Assembly: GCA_017648065.1 (NCBI GenBank)
Contig: JAGCJJ010000039.1
Coordinates: 10,126 to 74,125, forward strand
DNA: 64,000 nt
Direction: 5' to 3'
DNA from: Kiritimatiellia bacterium
GTDB taxonomy: Bacteria; Verrucomicrobiota; Kiritimatiellia; RFP12; UBA3636
In this document: piece by piece, positions 1 to 9,395 of the stretch
How positions within the stretch are numbered: the stretch's first letter is position 1
How the letters are laid out: every line of letters starts with the position of its first letter
Notes under the pieces: model-generated
The model's database searches: none
Told to the model about the DNA's origin: nothing
The model's input: the letters and a program-made list of their open reading frames with translations, nothing else
Position numbers and translations under genes: made by a program

Positions 1-2
1 AA

Positions 3-419
3 AATGGTGGCAATGTAATTCTTCTACATGGAAGCAGTGCTGCATTTTGGAAGAATGCGTGGTGGCGAAAGCTTGTTGGTTTACGTTGGGTTCGTCCTAA
101 TGATCCAGAAGGTATTACACCATCTACTCATCCAATTGTTCCATGCACTGTTACTATTAAGGAAGGCGTAAAACATCCTCTTGCTGAACATTTAAAAGCA
201 TTTTCATTACCGACTGATGAGGTATATATCAATCTGGAGCAGTCGCAAAATTGTGAGGTTTTAATGGAAACAACAATAGCAGAGGGGACATTCCCACAAT
301 GTGCTGTTGTTAAAACTGGCTTTGGCGGAGAATTTTATCATTTTCTTCCTGGACATACAGAAATCATTCCAGAGGGTATTATCTCAAATATTAGTGCAAT
401 AATAAAATTTGTTTTGTAG
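3..419 (+). CDS. C-terminal fragment of a ThuA-like (trehalose-utilisation / class-I glutamine-amidotransferase-like fold) protein; the start lies upstream of the window
   Basis: Open frame 3 runs from the window edge to TAG at 417-419. The translation (...NGGNVILLHGSSAAFWKNAWW...GFGGEFYHFLPGHTEI...) resembles the ThuA family. Partial, by-eye similarity only. Confidence 0.4.
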   Translation, partial: NGGNVILLHGSSAAFWKNAWWRKLVGLRWVRPNDPEGITPSTHPIVPCTVTIKEGVKHPLAEHLKAFSLPTDEVYINLEQSQNCEVLMETTIAEGTFPQCAVVKTGFGGEFYHFLPGHTEIIPEGIISNISAIIKFVL

Positions 420-453
420 TGTACTTATATTGAGTTATCGGAAATATATTATA

Positions 454-984
454 ATGGTAAATAAAATGAATATAATCTTAAAACCATTAGAGCCTTGTGA
501 ACTGGAGCTATTTCGCAATGAAATGAAAAAATCCTTTGAGCAAGGTGTGTTAGAACGATTTGGGGATATTTCAGCAGCTCCAACACCACCAACAAATGAG
601 GTTGATTTTGCACTAAAAGATGCAACTATTGATGTTTTTCTTTTGATGTTTGATAATGTACCTGTTGGAGGCACAATTATAAAAAGAGAAAATAACAATA
701 AGTTTTCTCTTGATTTGTTTTTTATATTTAAGGATTATCTTAATAAGAAGCTTGGTTCGGTAGCATGGCAGGCTATAGAAGCAAATTATCCTAAAGCAGA
801 GCTATGGGAAACACATACACCTTATTTTGAGCGACGTAATATTCATTTTTATGTTAATAAATGTGGCTTTCAAATAGTAGAATTTTTTTCTGAATTTTAT
901 AAAGAGGAGCATGATATTACAGAGGAGTTCAAGGACATTAATACATCTGGCTTTTTCCGCTTTGAGAAGCGTATTAAGCAATAA
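454..984 (+). CDS. GNAT-family N-acetyltransferase
   Basis: The ORF tool start at 409 is TTG. The first ATGs are at 454 and 466. A GNAT motif A-like segment (KKLGSVAWQAIE) and a C-terminal NIHFYVNKCGFQIV segment typical of the GNAT fold are present. Confidence 0.6.
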   Translation: MVNKMNIILKPLEPCELELFRNEMKKSFEQGVLERFGDISAAPTPPTNEVDFALKDATIDVFLLMFDNVPVGGTIIKRENNNKFSLDLFFIFKDYLNKKLGSVAWQAIEANYPKAELWETHTPYFERRNIHFYVNKCGFQIVEFFSEFYKEEHDITEEFKDINTSGFFRFEKRIKQ

Positions 985-1250
985 ATCCTGCTCAAACCTG
1001 TAAAAATTTCGCTCTTTAAGGCTCAATAGTTGCTTTAATAGCAAAATTTTTAATAATTTATTTATTTCAAAATGCTAAAGTTTCTTTATTGAATTTTTTA
1101 CGTATTTGGCACAATCTTTATGTATTTTGGCATTAAATTACAAGTCCATGTTGTTGAAAGAATACTAAAATATATGATATATTATTGTACAAATATTAGA
1201 AGCTTATTAAACATAAAGCGATTTTATATAACAACAAAAAAGGAGAAACA

Positions 1251-4073
1251 ATGAAAATCAACAAACTATTTCGTTCATTGATTTTTATGGGATTAGCACT
1301 TGGTGCAACATCCTCTGCGCTAGGTTATACACCAGCATACACAAAAATTGATCATCGTGGCTTAATCGAAATGCCTGATCTTATTAAAGGTAGCGATAAG
1401 GCTTGGTGGGGTGCGGCTAATCTTATTGCCTTTGGTCCAGGTTGGAGCTATTCAGCACAAGATTATGCTTCTAAAAATCGCAAAAAGACAGCTATCGTTA
1501 ATGATGATAACAAAGTCATCGGTGTGTCTGTAACAGCAGATATGAATGCTGGCAGCTCAAAGCTAAAGATTTATCAAGAATTTACCGATGCTTCTGTAGA
1601 TGGCAAGCAACAGATGAAGGTTTTGTGGCGTATCAAGTCAGCAGATGGTAAGCCAATGAAGCTAGAAAATGCATTCGTTGCTATTCCTGTAGCTAAATAT
1701 GATTTTGTTGGACAAACAATTACAGATAAATTTGGAAATTCATTTACATTCCCAACAGATTTTACATCTGAATATCTTTCACATGGTCTGAATCAGTCTG
1801 GTATTGTAGCAAATGGTAAAAGTGTAAAGCTTGAAATCGGAGTAGAAAAGGGTAGCTTGGCACTCGTAGATGGTCGCGCACAAAAGACAGATGCTTATGT
1901 ATTTCGCATAGGTTTCCCAAATACCAAAGATGCTATTGAGTCTGAGGTTGTTTTCACAATTGGTGGCTACTTTGCAAAGAGCAGAAAAAAGAGTGCTGGT
2001 AAGTTAGACTTCCAAGCTCCTAAACCACCTATCATTATGAAAGCCAATAATAATTGGGTTCCATTTAATTTTACTAATGAAGTTAAACCAGGAACAATTC
2101 TTGACTTTACAAGAACTGGTGCAACAAGACATGCTCCAGCAGGTAAGTATGGATTTGTAGTTGTTGGTGAGGATGGCCGCTATGCATTTGAAAAGAATCC
2201 TACACTACGTCAACGCTTCGTAGGTGCAAACCTCTGCTTTGATGCTAACTTCCTAACAAAAGAAGAAGCAGATAAGATGGTTGCTACTTGGGTAAAAATG
2301 GGTTATAACACTGTCCGTTTCCACCATACAGACGTAATTATGATGGAAGGTCAGTGGGGCCATGATTATTGGAACAAGAAGACTCGTGGCGTAATTGATA
2401 AGAACCAGCTAGATAAGATTGATTACCTTTTTGCTAAGATGAAAGAGGCTGGTATTTATGTAACAATCGACCTATATCAGATGGGTGCCATGGGTATGAT
2501 TGAAGGCGTAGACAAGCAGGTACACACTGCTATTAAGGCACTAGTTCCAATTCATCAGCCTGCATTTGAGGTATGGTTCAAGAGTGCAATGGAATGGCTA
2601 AACCATGTTAACCCATATACAGGCATTGCATGGAAGGATGATCCAGCACTATTCACAATTTGCCCAATCAATGAGGATGCTATTGCATCTGTTTGGTGGG
2701 AGGCAAAGGATAAGTATAATGCTGCATTTGAAGAGTGGAAAAAGACCAATGCAACAGAAGGCCGCAATGACAACCAACTTCGTGCACAATTCCTTGCAGA
2801 GGTTAAGGCAAAATCTAATAAGCAGATTAAAGAGCGTCTTCAGGCTGCTGGAGTTAAGACTCTACTAAGTGGTAGTAACTGGTGGGATACAATGGCTCAA
2901 ACATTTGAGCGTGAGCAACTGGATGTTGTTGATAATCATCAGTATTGCGATCACTATCATTCCACAAATCCTACAACAAAGATGAATAATCGTAGCACAT
3001 TTGATGAGGGTGGTAATGGGTTTAATTATATGACACCATTAATGAAGACACCAACTCGCTATTTTGGTAAGCCAATGATGATTACAGAATACAATTTCTG
3101 TGCACCAAATGAGTGGCGTTTGGAGGCAGGTGCCTTTATTGGTGCTTATGCTTCACTACAAAACTGGGATGCTATGTATCGCTTTGCATGGTCACACGCA
3201 AAGAAGGCTTTGTTTGAACAATTACCTATCAGCGGTTTCGATATTTGCCGTGATCCTGTTGGTATGCTGACAGAGCGCCAGATTGTGCTTATGTATGGAC
3301 GTGGTGATGTTGCTGCAGCAAACAATAAGTATGTTTATGGTGTAACAATGGATGAGGCAACACAGCAGGGTGTTGGCGATATGTGGGGCAAGGGCTTATT
3401 CCCTGCAAAATTTGTAAATCTATGTGCTATGTCTCAAATTGGTTCTCAGGTAATTGAGGGCGGTCAACCAATCAAGGGTAAGTTTACCGCTGTTGTTGGC
3501 AAGACCAAGCCATCTGATGCAGTATTAGCTGGCAACAAGTTTTTGTCACTTGATGAAATCACTGTTACAGCAGGGAAGGGGGAAGTTGTTTCTGATACAA
3601 ACGAGATCAAAATCAACAAGAGCAAAAAATACATCCGTATTGATACAGACAAGACAGACTGCATTGTTGCACGTAAGGATTCAACACTTAACGCTGGTGC
3701 TTTAACAATCTCTGGTAATACATGTTATTGTTCTGTATCTGCTTCATCAATGGATGGTAAGAATATTGAGAACAGCTCAAAGTTATTGTTACTACACATT
3801 ACAGATGTTGTTAATACAGGAATGGAATTAGGAACACCAAATCGTACAGAAATCAAGAAGCTTGGAACTCTTCCATATTTGGCACGTGTTGGCTCTGTTA
3901 AGGTAATTCTAAAGAGCGATGTTCCAGGTATGAAGCTATACGCTCTAAATTCAGCTGGTGAGCGTATACGTCCAGTTCCATGTAAGTATTCACCAGAGAA
4001 GGGTGGTTATATGTTTAAACTAGCCGTTTCTGCTGATGAAGAACCATCTATGATGTATGAATTAACAAAATAA
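1251..4073 (+). CDS. Secreted 940-aa glycoside hydrolase of the GH-A clan (GH5-like TIM barrel) with extra N- and C-terminal domains
   Basis: Strong SD (AAAGGAGAAACA-ATG) and an N-terminal signal peptide (MKINKLFRSLIFMGLALGATSSALG). The central region carries the GH-A acid/base-like motif (CPINED) and nucleophile-like motif (MMITEYNF), plus VRFHH and IYVTIDLYQ strands typical of GH5-type barrels. Confidence 0.55.
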   Translation: MKINKLFRSLIFMGLALGATSSALGYTPAYTKIDHRGLIEMPDLIKGSDKAWWGAANLIAFGPGWSYSAQDYASKNRKKTAIVNDDNKVIGVSVTADMNAGSSKLKIYQEFTDASVDGKQQMKVLWRIKSADGKPMKLENAFVAIPVAKYDFVGQTITDKFGNSFTFPTDFTSEYLSHGLNQSGIVANGKSVKLEIGVEKGSLALVDGRAQKTDAYVFRIGFPNTKDAIESEVVFTIGGYFAKSRKKSAGKLDFQAPKPPIIMKANNNWVPFNFTNEVKPGTILDFTRTGATRHAPAGKYGFVVVGEDGRYAFEKNPTLRQRFVGANLCFDANFLTKEEADKMVATWVKMGYNTVRFHHTDVIMMEGQWGHDYWNKKTRGVIDKNQLDKIDYLFAKMKEAGIYVTIDLYQMGAMGMIEGVDKQVHTAIKALVPIHQPAFEVWFKSAMEWLNHVNPYTGIAWKDDPALFTICPINEDAIASVWWEAKDKYNAAFEEWKKTNATEGRNDNQLRAQFLAEVKAKSNKQIKERLQAAGVKTLLSGSNWWDTMAQTFEREQLDVVDNHQYCDHYHSTNPTTKMNNRSTFDEGGNGFNYMTPLMKTPTRYFGKPMMITEYNFCAPNEWRLEAGAFIGAYASLQNWDAMYRFAWSHAKKALFEQLPISGFDICRDPVGMLTERQIVLMYGRGDVAAANNKYVYGVTMDEATQQGVGDMWGKGLFPAKFVNLCAMSQIGSQVIEGGQPIKGKFTAVVGKTKPSDAVLAGNKFLSLDEITVTAGKGEVVSDTNEIKINKSKKYIRIDTDKTDCIVARKDSTLNAGALTISGNTCYCSVSASSMDGKNIENSSKLLLLHITDVVNTGMELGTPNRTEIKKLGTLPYLARVGSVKVILKSDVPGMKLYALNSAGERIRPVPCKYSPEKGGYMFKLAVSADEEPSMMYELTK

Positions 4074-4092
4074 AAATTGCGTTCTAATAATA

Positions 4093-4128
4093 AAAAGGTC
4101 TGTCATTAAAATGATGGACCTTTTTTAT
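4093..4128 (+). terminator. Rho-independent terminator after the GH5-like gene
   Basis: GGTCtgTCATT-aaa-AATGAtgGACC hairpin (4097-4120) followed by TTTTTT (4121-4126), about 20 nt after the stop codon. Confidence 0.55.
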
Positions 4129-4258
4129 TATTTAAGCATAATTTTGACTATCCATTCAAATCTCTAGTTTTATTTGTTTTTTCAATAATTTGTTTGAGAT
4201 TTTCCATTTGTTGTGATAGAATAAAAGATAAATTTTTAACATTAATTTAGGATATTTT

Positions 4259-5083
4259 ATGTATACAATTATTTTAAGTCTCGTTTTTGGTAGAAGTCCA
4301 GCTGTTACTCTTAAATATACTGATGTATCAAGCACATTTTGGAGCATCTTTTTAGGTCTTTTTGTATTTATTGGTATTACAATATGTATCAATTTAATTC
4401 TTAAGAAGAAGATCGGTGCTGTAATGCTTGGCCTTCAAATGATGCTTACAGAAGGACAGAAATCAATTCAGAGCCGTGTAAATCAATTTCAGTCTCGTCC
4501 TAATGGCGATCCAAAGCGTTTTATGGCAGAAATGGAAAAGAAACAGCGTGATTTAATCATGAACGCTATTGAATATACAAAGAATTTTGAGCCATTCCGA
4601 AATTGGACTCCTTTATTTGGTAAACAAATCAATACAACACGCATGCAGTTCTATTATCAGCTTCAAGACTTTGCTATGGTTGATAAACTTCTTCCAAAGT
4701 GTCTTTATATGGAGCAAATGACATGTGCAATGAATATTGCTCGTATGTACAAGAATGAAAAGACAGTAGCTGAAATTGAAAAGCAATTTAAGAAGTTCAC
4801 ACTTCGTCTTCGTAGAGGGAAAAGCCACCTTCTTTATTCTTTGATGGCATGGATATATGTTCAAAAGGAAATGCTAGATAAGGCTCACATCACACTTGTT
4901 GAAGGTTGTAAGGTAGGCTCTCATGATACAATGAAAAAGAATTTAGAGCGTTTATCAAATAATCGTATTATTGAATTTTCAAATGCAGGGTTGGGTGATG
5001 AGTGGTATGCTCTATTCCTTGAAACCCCAAAAATGCAAATCAAGCGCCAACAGCATCCTGGAAAGTTTGGACGTCCATTCTAA
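4259..5083 (+). CDS. Hypothetical membrane-anchored protein (one N-terminal TM helix plus a soluble domain)
   Basis: ATG start. Hydrophobic segment FWSIFLGLFVFIGITICINLIL followed by a charged, helix-rich domain. No recognisable family. Lies directly upstream of the P-type ATPase. Confidence 0.4.
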   Translation: MYTIILSLVFGRSPAVTLKYTDVSSTFWSIFLGLFVFIGITICINLILKKKIGAVMLGLQMMLTEGQKSIQSRVNQFQSRPNGDPKRFMAEMEKKQRDLIMNAIEYTKNFEPFRNWTPLFGKQINTTRMQFYYQLQDFAMVDKLLPKCLYMEQMTCAMNIARMYKNEKTVAEIEKQFKKFTLRLRRGKSHLLYSLMAWIYVQKEMLDKAHITLVEGCKVGSHDTMKKNLERLSNNRIIEFSNAGLGDEWYALFLETPKMQIKRQQHPGKFGRPF

Positions 5084-5180
5084 TGGTTGCCTAGCAAATT
5101 AAAATATTTACATAAAGCAAATGGGATTGTGGTGCAAACTACTAATCCCATTTTGTGTTTTTAACATATCGAGGTGATAT

Positions 5181-7046
5181 ATGAAACTGTTACAAAAAAT
5201 AATGGGAATACTTTCTACTAAGCAATCCAAAATAGTAGGTGGCATAGCTCTATTGTGCAGCTTTATTTTAGTTAAGGTTCTTAAGTTTGATATTATTGTC
5301 GACCCAGCATGGATTACTATTCTTTGCTGTGGAATACCAATAATGTACGGCTCTATACGTCGCTTAATTGTGATGAAGCAAATTAAAGCAGGCTTATTGA
5401 TTTCTATGGCTATGATTGCTTCAATCATTCGTGGACATTTATTTGCAGCTGGCGAGGTGGTTTTCTTAATGGCTGTTGGAGGAATGCTTGAGGATTTTTC
5501 AATTGCTCGCACACAAAAAGGATTGTCTTCTCTTATTAAATTAGTTCCTAAGAAAGCACGACGTATTTTTAATGGAGTAGAAGAGGAGTGTGAAGCAGAA
5601 GCATTGCATGTTGGCGATATATTGCGAGTTCTTCCTGGAGAAGCATTTCCTGCAGATGGAGTTGTTTGTAGTGGAACAACAACTGTGAATCAAGCAATTA
5701 TGACAGGAGAAAGTTTACCTGTAGAGAAAAATATTGGTGACGATGTCTATTGTGGTACAATCAATTGTTTTGGAACTGTTGAAATTAATGTTTCAAAAGA
5801 GCCAAAGGATAGCTCATTACAAAAACTTATTCAGCTTGTTCGTGAAGCAGAAAGTAAGAAAGCACCAATGCAAGGATTGGCTGATAAATGGGCTTCTTTG
5901 CTTGTTCCTATATCATTCCTTTTAGCAATCTTCATTGGCTTGATAACAAATGACGTAGACAAAGCAGTAACAATATTAGTTGTATTTTGTCCTTGTTCAT
6001 TAGCTCTTGCAACACCTATTTCTATTGTTGCTGCAATAGGACAAGGCTCTCGTAAAGGTGTGCTTATCAAATCTGGAGAGGCTCTTGAGGCAATGGCTCA
6101 TGTTGATGTAATTACATTTGATAAAACCGGTACATTAACAAATGGCGATCTTGTTGTCAGTGATGTTTTTTCTTCTAATGTAATTTCTGATGAGAAGCTT
6201 ATTGTATTAGCTTCTGCTGTAGAATCATTTTCAGAACACCCAATTGCAAAAGCAGTATGTACAAAAGCTAAAGAAATTTCCTCTGATATACCAACAGCTT
6301 CTGAATTTAAGATGACACCAGGCCAAGGAGTTGAAGCAATAGTTGATGGTAGCTTAGTACGTTGTGGTACCCACAAATTTGTTTTAGACAATCAAGAACA
6401 TTGTTTGCTAAAGAATGTTCAAGAAGCGCTTGATTTATTTAGTTCTCAAGGAAAAGCTACACTTGTTATATCACAAAATGCAGAGATTATAGGCGTAATT
6501 GCCTTAGCTGATACTATTCGTACAGAAGCACAAGAATGTATAAAAGAATTGTCAGCTGAAGGAATAAAATCTGTATTATTGACAGGAGACAATAACAATG
6601 CAGCAAAATTTGTTGCTGACAAGTTGGGTGTCACAGATGTTTTCTCTCAGCAATTGCCAGAGGAAAAGGTACAATGCATTCTTAATTTACAAGCAGAGAA
6701 GCATATTGTAGCAATGGTAGGAGATGGTGTTAATGATGCAGCATCAATTAAGGCTGCGAATGTAGGTATTGCTATGGGGTCATTTGGTAGTGATATTGCT
6801 ATTGAATCTGCAGATATTGCATTAATGGGTGATAAGCTATCACTTGTTACATATTTACGCAGACTGGCATTGGCAACATTCCGTACGATTCGCACTAATA
6901 TTATCATTTCTATGACAGTTAATGTAATAGCTATTATATGTAGTGCTTTAGGATTATTAAATCCAGTTACAGGTGCTCTTGTACATAATGTAAGCTCAAT
7001 ATTGGTGGTACTTAATGCTGCACTTTTATATGACCGAGATGCCTAA
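5181..7046 (+). CDS. Heavy-metal-translocating P1B-type ATPase (CPC type) with no N-terminal metal-binding domain
   Basis: SD GAGGTGA before the ATG. P-type ATPase hallmarks are present: TGES, DKTGTLT, GDGVNDA, and the CPC transmembrane metal-site motif (VFCPCSLALATP). At 621 aa it starts directly in the membrane region with no HMA/CxxC domain. Confidence 0.85.
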   Translation: MKLLQKIMGILSTKQSKIVGGIALLCSFILVKVLKFDIIVDPAWITILCCGIPIMYGSIRRLIVMKQIKAGLLISMAMIASIIRGHLFAAGEVVFLMAVGGMLEDFSIARTQKGLSSLIKLVPKKARRIFNGVEEECEAEALHVGDILRVLPGEAFPADGVVCSGTTTVNQAIMTGESLPVEKNIGDDVYCGTINCFGTVEINVSKEPKDSSLQKLIQLVREAESKKAPMQGLADKWASLLVPISFLLAIFIGLITNDVDKAVTILVVFCPCSLALATPISIVAAIGQGSRKGVLIKSGEALEAMAHVDVITFDKTGTLTNGDLVVSDVFSSNVISDEKLIVLASAVESFSEHPIAKAVCTKAKEISSDIPTASEFKMTPGQGVEAIVDGSLVRCGTHKFVLDNQEHCLLKNVQEALDLFSSQGKATLVISQNAEIIGVIALADTIRTEAQECIKELSAEGIKSVLLTGDNNNAAKFVADKLGVTDVFSQQLPEEKVQCILNLQAEKHIVAMVGDGVNDAASIKAANVGIAMGSFGSDIAIESADIALMGDKLSLVTYLRRLALATFRTIRTNIIISMTVNVIAIICSALGLLNPVTGALVHNVSSILVVLNAALLYDRDA

Positions 7047-7244
7047 CTGTAAATAAAAAATAATACATATTGGGTAAATCCTGGTTAATATAAATAAAAC
7101 CATTAGACAAAACAATATTCAAGACTTAGAATAAAACTATCTTGATTTATTGTAGAAAGTGTGAGATATTTATAAACAAAATCTTAATATAAATAATATT
7201 GTAAAATCGGTTTACTTTTGAATTTAAGTTAAAGGAGATTATTT

Positions 7245-8849
7245 ATGATAAAAAGACAATATTTTACAGCTTTAGCTATGTTCTTTTGTTCATTAACATT
7301 AGCTAATGCAGCATGGACAATAGGAGCATCTTCAAACGGCTATCCTTATGAGTTAACAGATGGCACTTGGGTTATTGGTTGCTCAGTTAATGCTAATAAT
7401 GAAATAACTGTTGGCTATAATAATAAAAATAGTGTTGTGACTGGTGCAGGCAATAAGCTAGATCTTATTGCAGTAAATAATGATTTAGAAGGGTATTCAA
7501 TTGTAAAAATTGGGCAAAGTGCTTTTAGTGGAACAGAAATAAATGGGCTTACAATTCCTAATACGATAACAGCAATTGAATCTTATGGGTTTAGGTATGG
7601 CGTAAATGGTGTTGTAACCATTGAAGAAGGAAGCCAATTAGGAAGCATTGGTTCGTATGCTTTTAATGGTGCTCCAATTACTTCAATCAACTTGGATGTT
7701 TGCAAATCATTGAAAACAATTGGTCAAGAAGCATTTAGAGGTTGCTCATCATTGGCATCAGTTGGAGGAGGAACGCTTCCTGATTCTATCGAAGTCATTA
7801 ATAAGGGAGCTTTTTATGATTGTTCTTCATGGAAAGAAGACGTGGTTTGCTATGCTAGGTTAAAATTTGATAATGGCGATACCTTTAGAAATACTAGAAT
7901 AACCTCATTAGTGCTACCAAATGTATATGGAGCTATTGGTGGATATTTTCTTAATGGAAATTCCGCAATTACAAACCTTGTTCTTAGTCAGGATATTACA
8001 TATATTGGTGCAGAAATTATTTCAAGAAATGGTAATGTAAATAATCTTGAGAATTTTGAGCCAAAGGTTTTACCAAAGGTTACATCAATAGGAACTCACT
8101 TTATGGGATATGCACCTAAAATTAAAGGAGACTGGGAGTTCCCTGAGCTGGTATCTATTACAGGTGACTCACATTTTCGTCAAACAAAGATTACAAGCTT
8201 TAAAGCTCCAAAATTAAATGTAATTCCAGGCTATATTTTTTGCTCTACTTCAACTATTACAAATGCAGTATTTGGTTCAGAGGTAACAAGTATTGGTGCA
8301 ACAGCATTTTCTGGTTGTTCAAACTTAGAGAGCTTATACCCAACTAATTTTACTAAGGTAACAAGTCTCGGACAGGAGGCATTTAGCAGTTGTTCAAAAT
8401 ATACTGGTAGCTTAGACTTTAGTAAATCCTCTGGATTAATAAGTATTGGAACGAAGGCTTTTAATTGGGCTTCAAATATCCAAGAGTTAAGATTTCCTGC
8501 TTCTTTGACAACTCTTGGGCAAGAATGCTTTGGACGCTTGAAGGATGCTGATATTTATTTTTATGGTTCCAGACCAACAACATTTGTGAATGGAGGTCAA
8601 TTTTGGGCATATGGAGCAAAATACCGTAACAACATAATTATTTTTGAAGAGTTTGTTGATAATTGGACAGCAGAGGATTCTGACGGAAATTATGTCTTTA
8701 CTCCATTAAAGGAAGTTCCAGCAAGCGAGATTTCAGATGCTTATCAATTTCCAAAAACAGGTAAGGTATTAGGTACAATTGCAGTCAAGGGTGCTGTGCA
8801 GTGGTTATCTCTCTTCCCTTACATGCCTACAACAATCGTTATTAGATAG
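7245..8849 (+). CDS. BspA-like leucine-rich-repeat (LRR_5 type) cell-surface protein
   Basis: SD AAAGGAGA and a signal peptide (MIKRQYFTALAMFFCSLTLANA). Multiple roughly 22-25-aa repeats of the form xIxxIGxxAFxxCxxLxS[IV]xxP, characteristic of BspA/LrrA-type LRR proteins. Confidence 0.7.
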   Translation: MIKRQYFTALAMFFCSLTLANAAWTIGASSNGYPYELTDGTWVIGCSVNANNEITVGYNNKNSVVTGAGNKLDLIAVNNDLEGYSIVKIGQSAFSGTEINGLTIPNTITAIESYGFRYGVNGVVTIEEGSQLGSIGSYAFNGAPITSINLDVCKSLKTIGQEAFRGCSSLASVGGGTLPDSIEVINKGAFYDCSSWKEDVVCYARLKFDNGDTFRNTRITSLVLPNVYGAIGGYFLNGNSAITNLVLSQDITYIGAEIISRNGNVNNLENFEPKVLPKVTSIGTHFMGYAPKIKGDWEFPELVSITGDSHFRQTKITSFKAPKLNVIPGYIFCSTSTITNAVFGSEVTSIGATAFSGCSNLESLYPTNFTKVTSLGQEAFSSCSKYTGSLDFSKSSGLISIGTKAFNWASNIQELRFPASLTTLGQECFGRLKDADIYFYGSRPTTFVNGGQFWAYGAKYRNNIIIFEEFVDNWTAEDSDGNYVFTPLKEVPASEISDAYQFPKTGKVLGTIAVKGAVQWLSLFPYMPTTIVIR

Positions 8850-8977
8850 CGAATAGGGAATAATTTTGGCAATACCAAGTACTAAATAAATTGTCATTTT
8901 TTGAGAGTTGATATTTCTGTTGTCTAATCAACTGTATTAAATCTACACCAAATTTTATGATTTTCTGCAATGTTGCT

Positions 8978-9007
8978 TTGACTTTTTACCTAAAATTATG
9001 GTACAAT
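8978..9007 (+). promoter_or_regulatory. Sigma70-type promoter with extended -10, predicted to drive the intergenic small RNA
   Basis: TTGACT (8978-8983), an 18-nt spacer, then TG-g-TACAAT (8999-9007). This matches the extended -10 TGnTATAAT pattern. The predicted TSS is about 9014. Confidence 0.4.
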
Positions 9008-9013
9008 CATCGC

Positions 9014-9241
9014 TCAAAAAATGACTTAAACTTTGCACTTTTATAGTGCAAGACTTGTTGCTTTCTGTCCCCGCACGCGGACTGTCCCGTTATTCTAACC
9101 TACGATTTTTTAAGGGAGCTAGAAAATAAAGCCGACCACATGCCTTCTTTGTGTTGGACTTGGAACGTTTTGGATATGGTTCCCACCTTCATTTATGAGG
9201 GTTCGAAAAACTTGGACAATACGGCGGGGACGGTTTTTTAT
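9014..9241 (+). ncRNA. Candidate structured small RNA (6S-RNA-like architecture; family unassigned)
   Basis: Lies in a 545-bp non-coding gap with its own promoter. There is a 5' hairpin (TGCACT-tttat-AGTGCA, 9035-9051). A long-range helix pairs GTCCCCGC (9067-9074) with GCGGGGAC (9222-9229) and is immediately followed by TTTTTTATT (9234-9242). Internal hairpins include GGAAC...GTTCC (9161-9183) and CCTTCAT-tt-ATGAGGG (9185-9200). The 3' segment CACCTTCA...GAGGGTTCGAA resembles the E. coli 6S 3' central-bubble hairpin region (CACCTTGAACCAAGGGTTCAAGG). Confidence 0.35.
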
Positions 9242-9395
9242 TATAATGCAACATTATAAATCATGCCTTGATTTTTACGGGGAACATCTCTTCAACGATT
9301 TACATTAACACATAAAATTTGCTTTATTAAATAGAGTTTTTTTGGTAATATATCATTAATAAATCAGTTGTTTTCGTTAGAAGGAAAGTTTTTTA

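Noticed and set aside
409-465. N-terminal extensions in the supplied ORF calls. Examples are 409 (TTG), 26814 (TTG), 29362 (TTG), 35142 (TTG), 44772 (TTG), 48374 (TTG), 53318 (TTG) and 54992 (GTG).
   Set aside because: Reading the codons shows these begin at TTG or GTG without an SD, while an in-frame ATG with an SD or a sensible N-terminus (signal peptide, Rossmann motif, Ntn Cys) lies just downstream. The starts were re-anchored to those ATGs.
2555-2868. Small ORFs nested inside or antisense to large genes. Examples are 2555-2773(-), 2605-2868(+), 5831-6070(-), 6098-6391(-), 17107-17345(+), 23601-23948(+), 27954-28241(+), 32831-33250(+) and 60157-60360(-).
   Set aside because: They fall entirely within well-supported longer CDSs, have low-complexity or compositionally odd translations, and lack SD sites. 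They are treated as six-frame noise.
9014-9241. Identity of the intergenic RNA as tmRNA, RNase P RNA, SRP RNA or a uxs riboswitch
   Set aside because: It lacks the RNase P GGAAAGTCCGG / ACAGAAACCCGGCTTA boxes, the SRP domain IV GGAAGCAGCCAAGG-type motif, and any tmRNA tag-ORF or CCA-adjacent T-arm. The U-tract is 150 nt from the uxs start, which is atypical for a riboswitch expression platform. The feature is kept only as an unassigned, 6S-like sRNA candidate.
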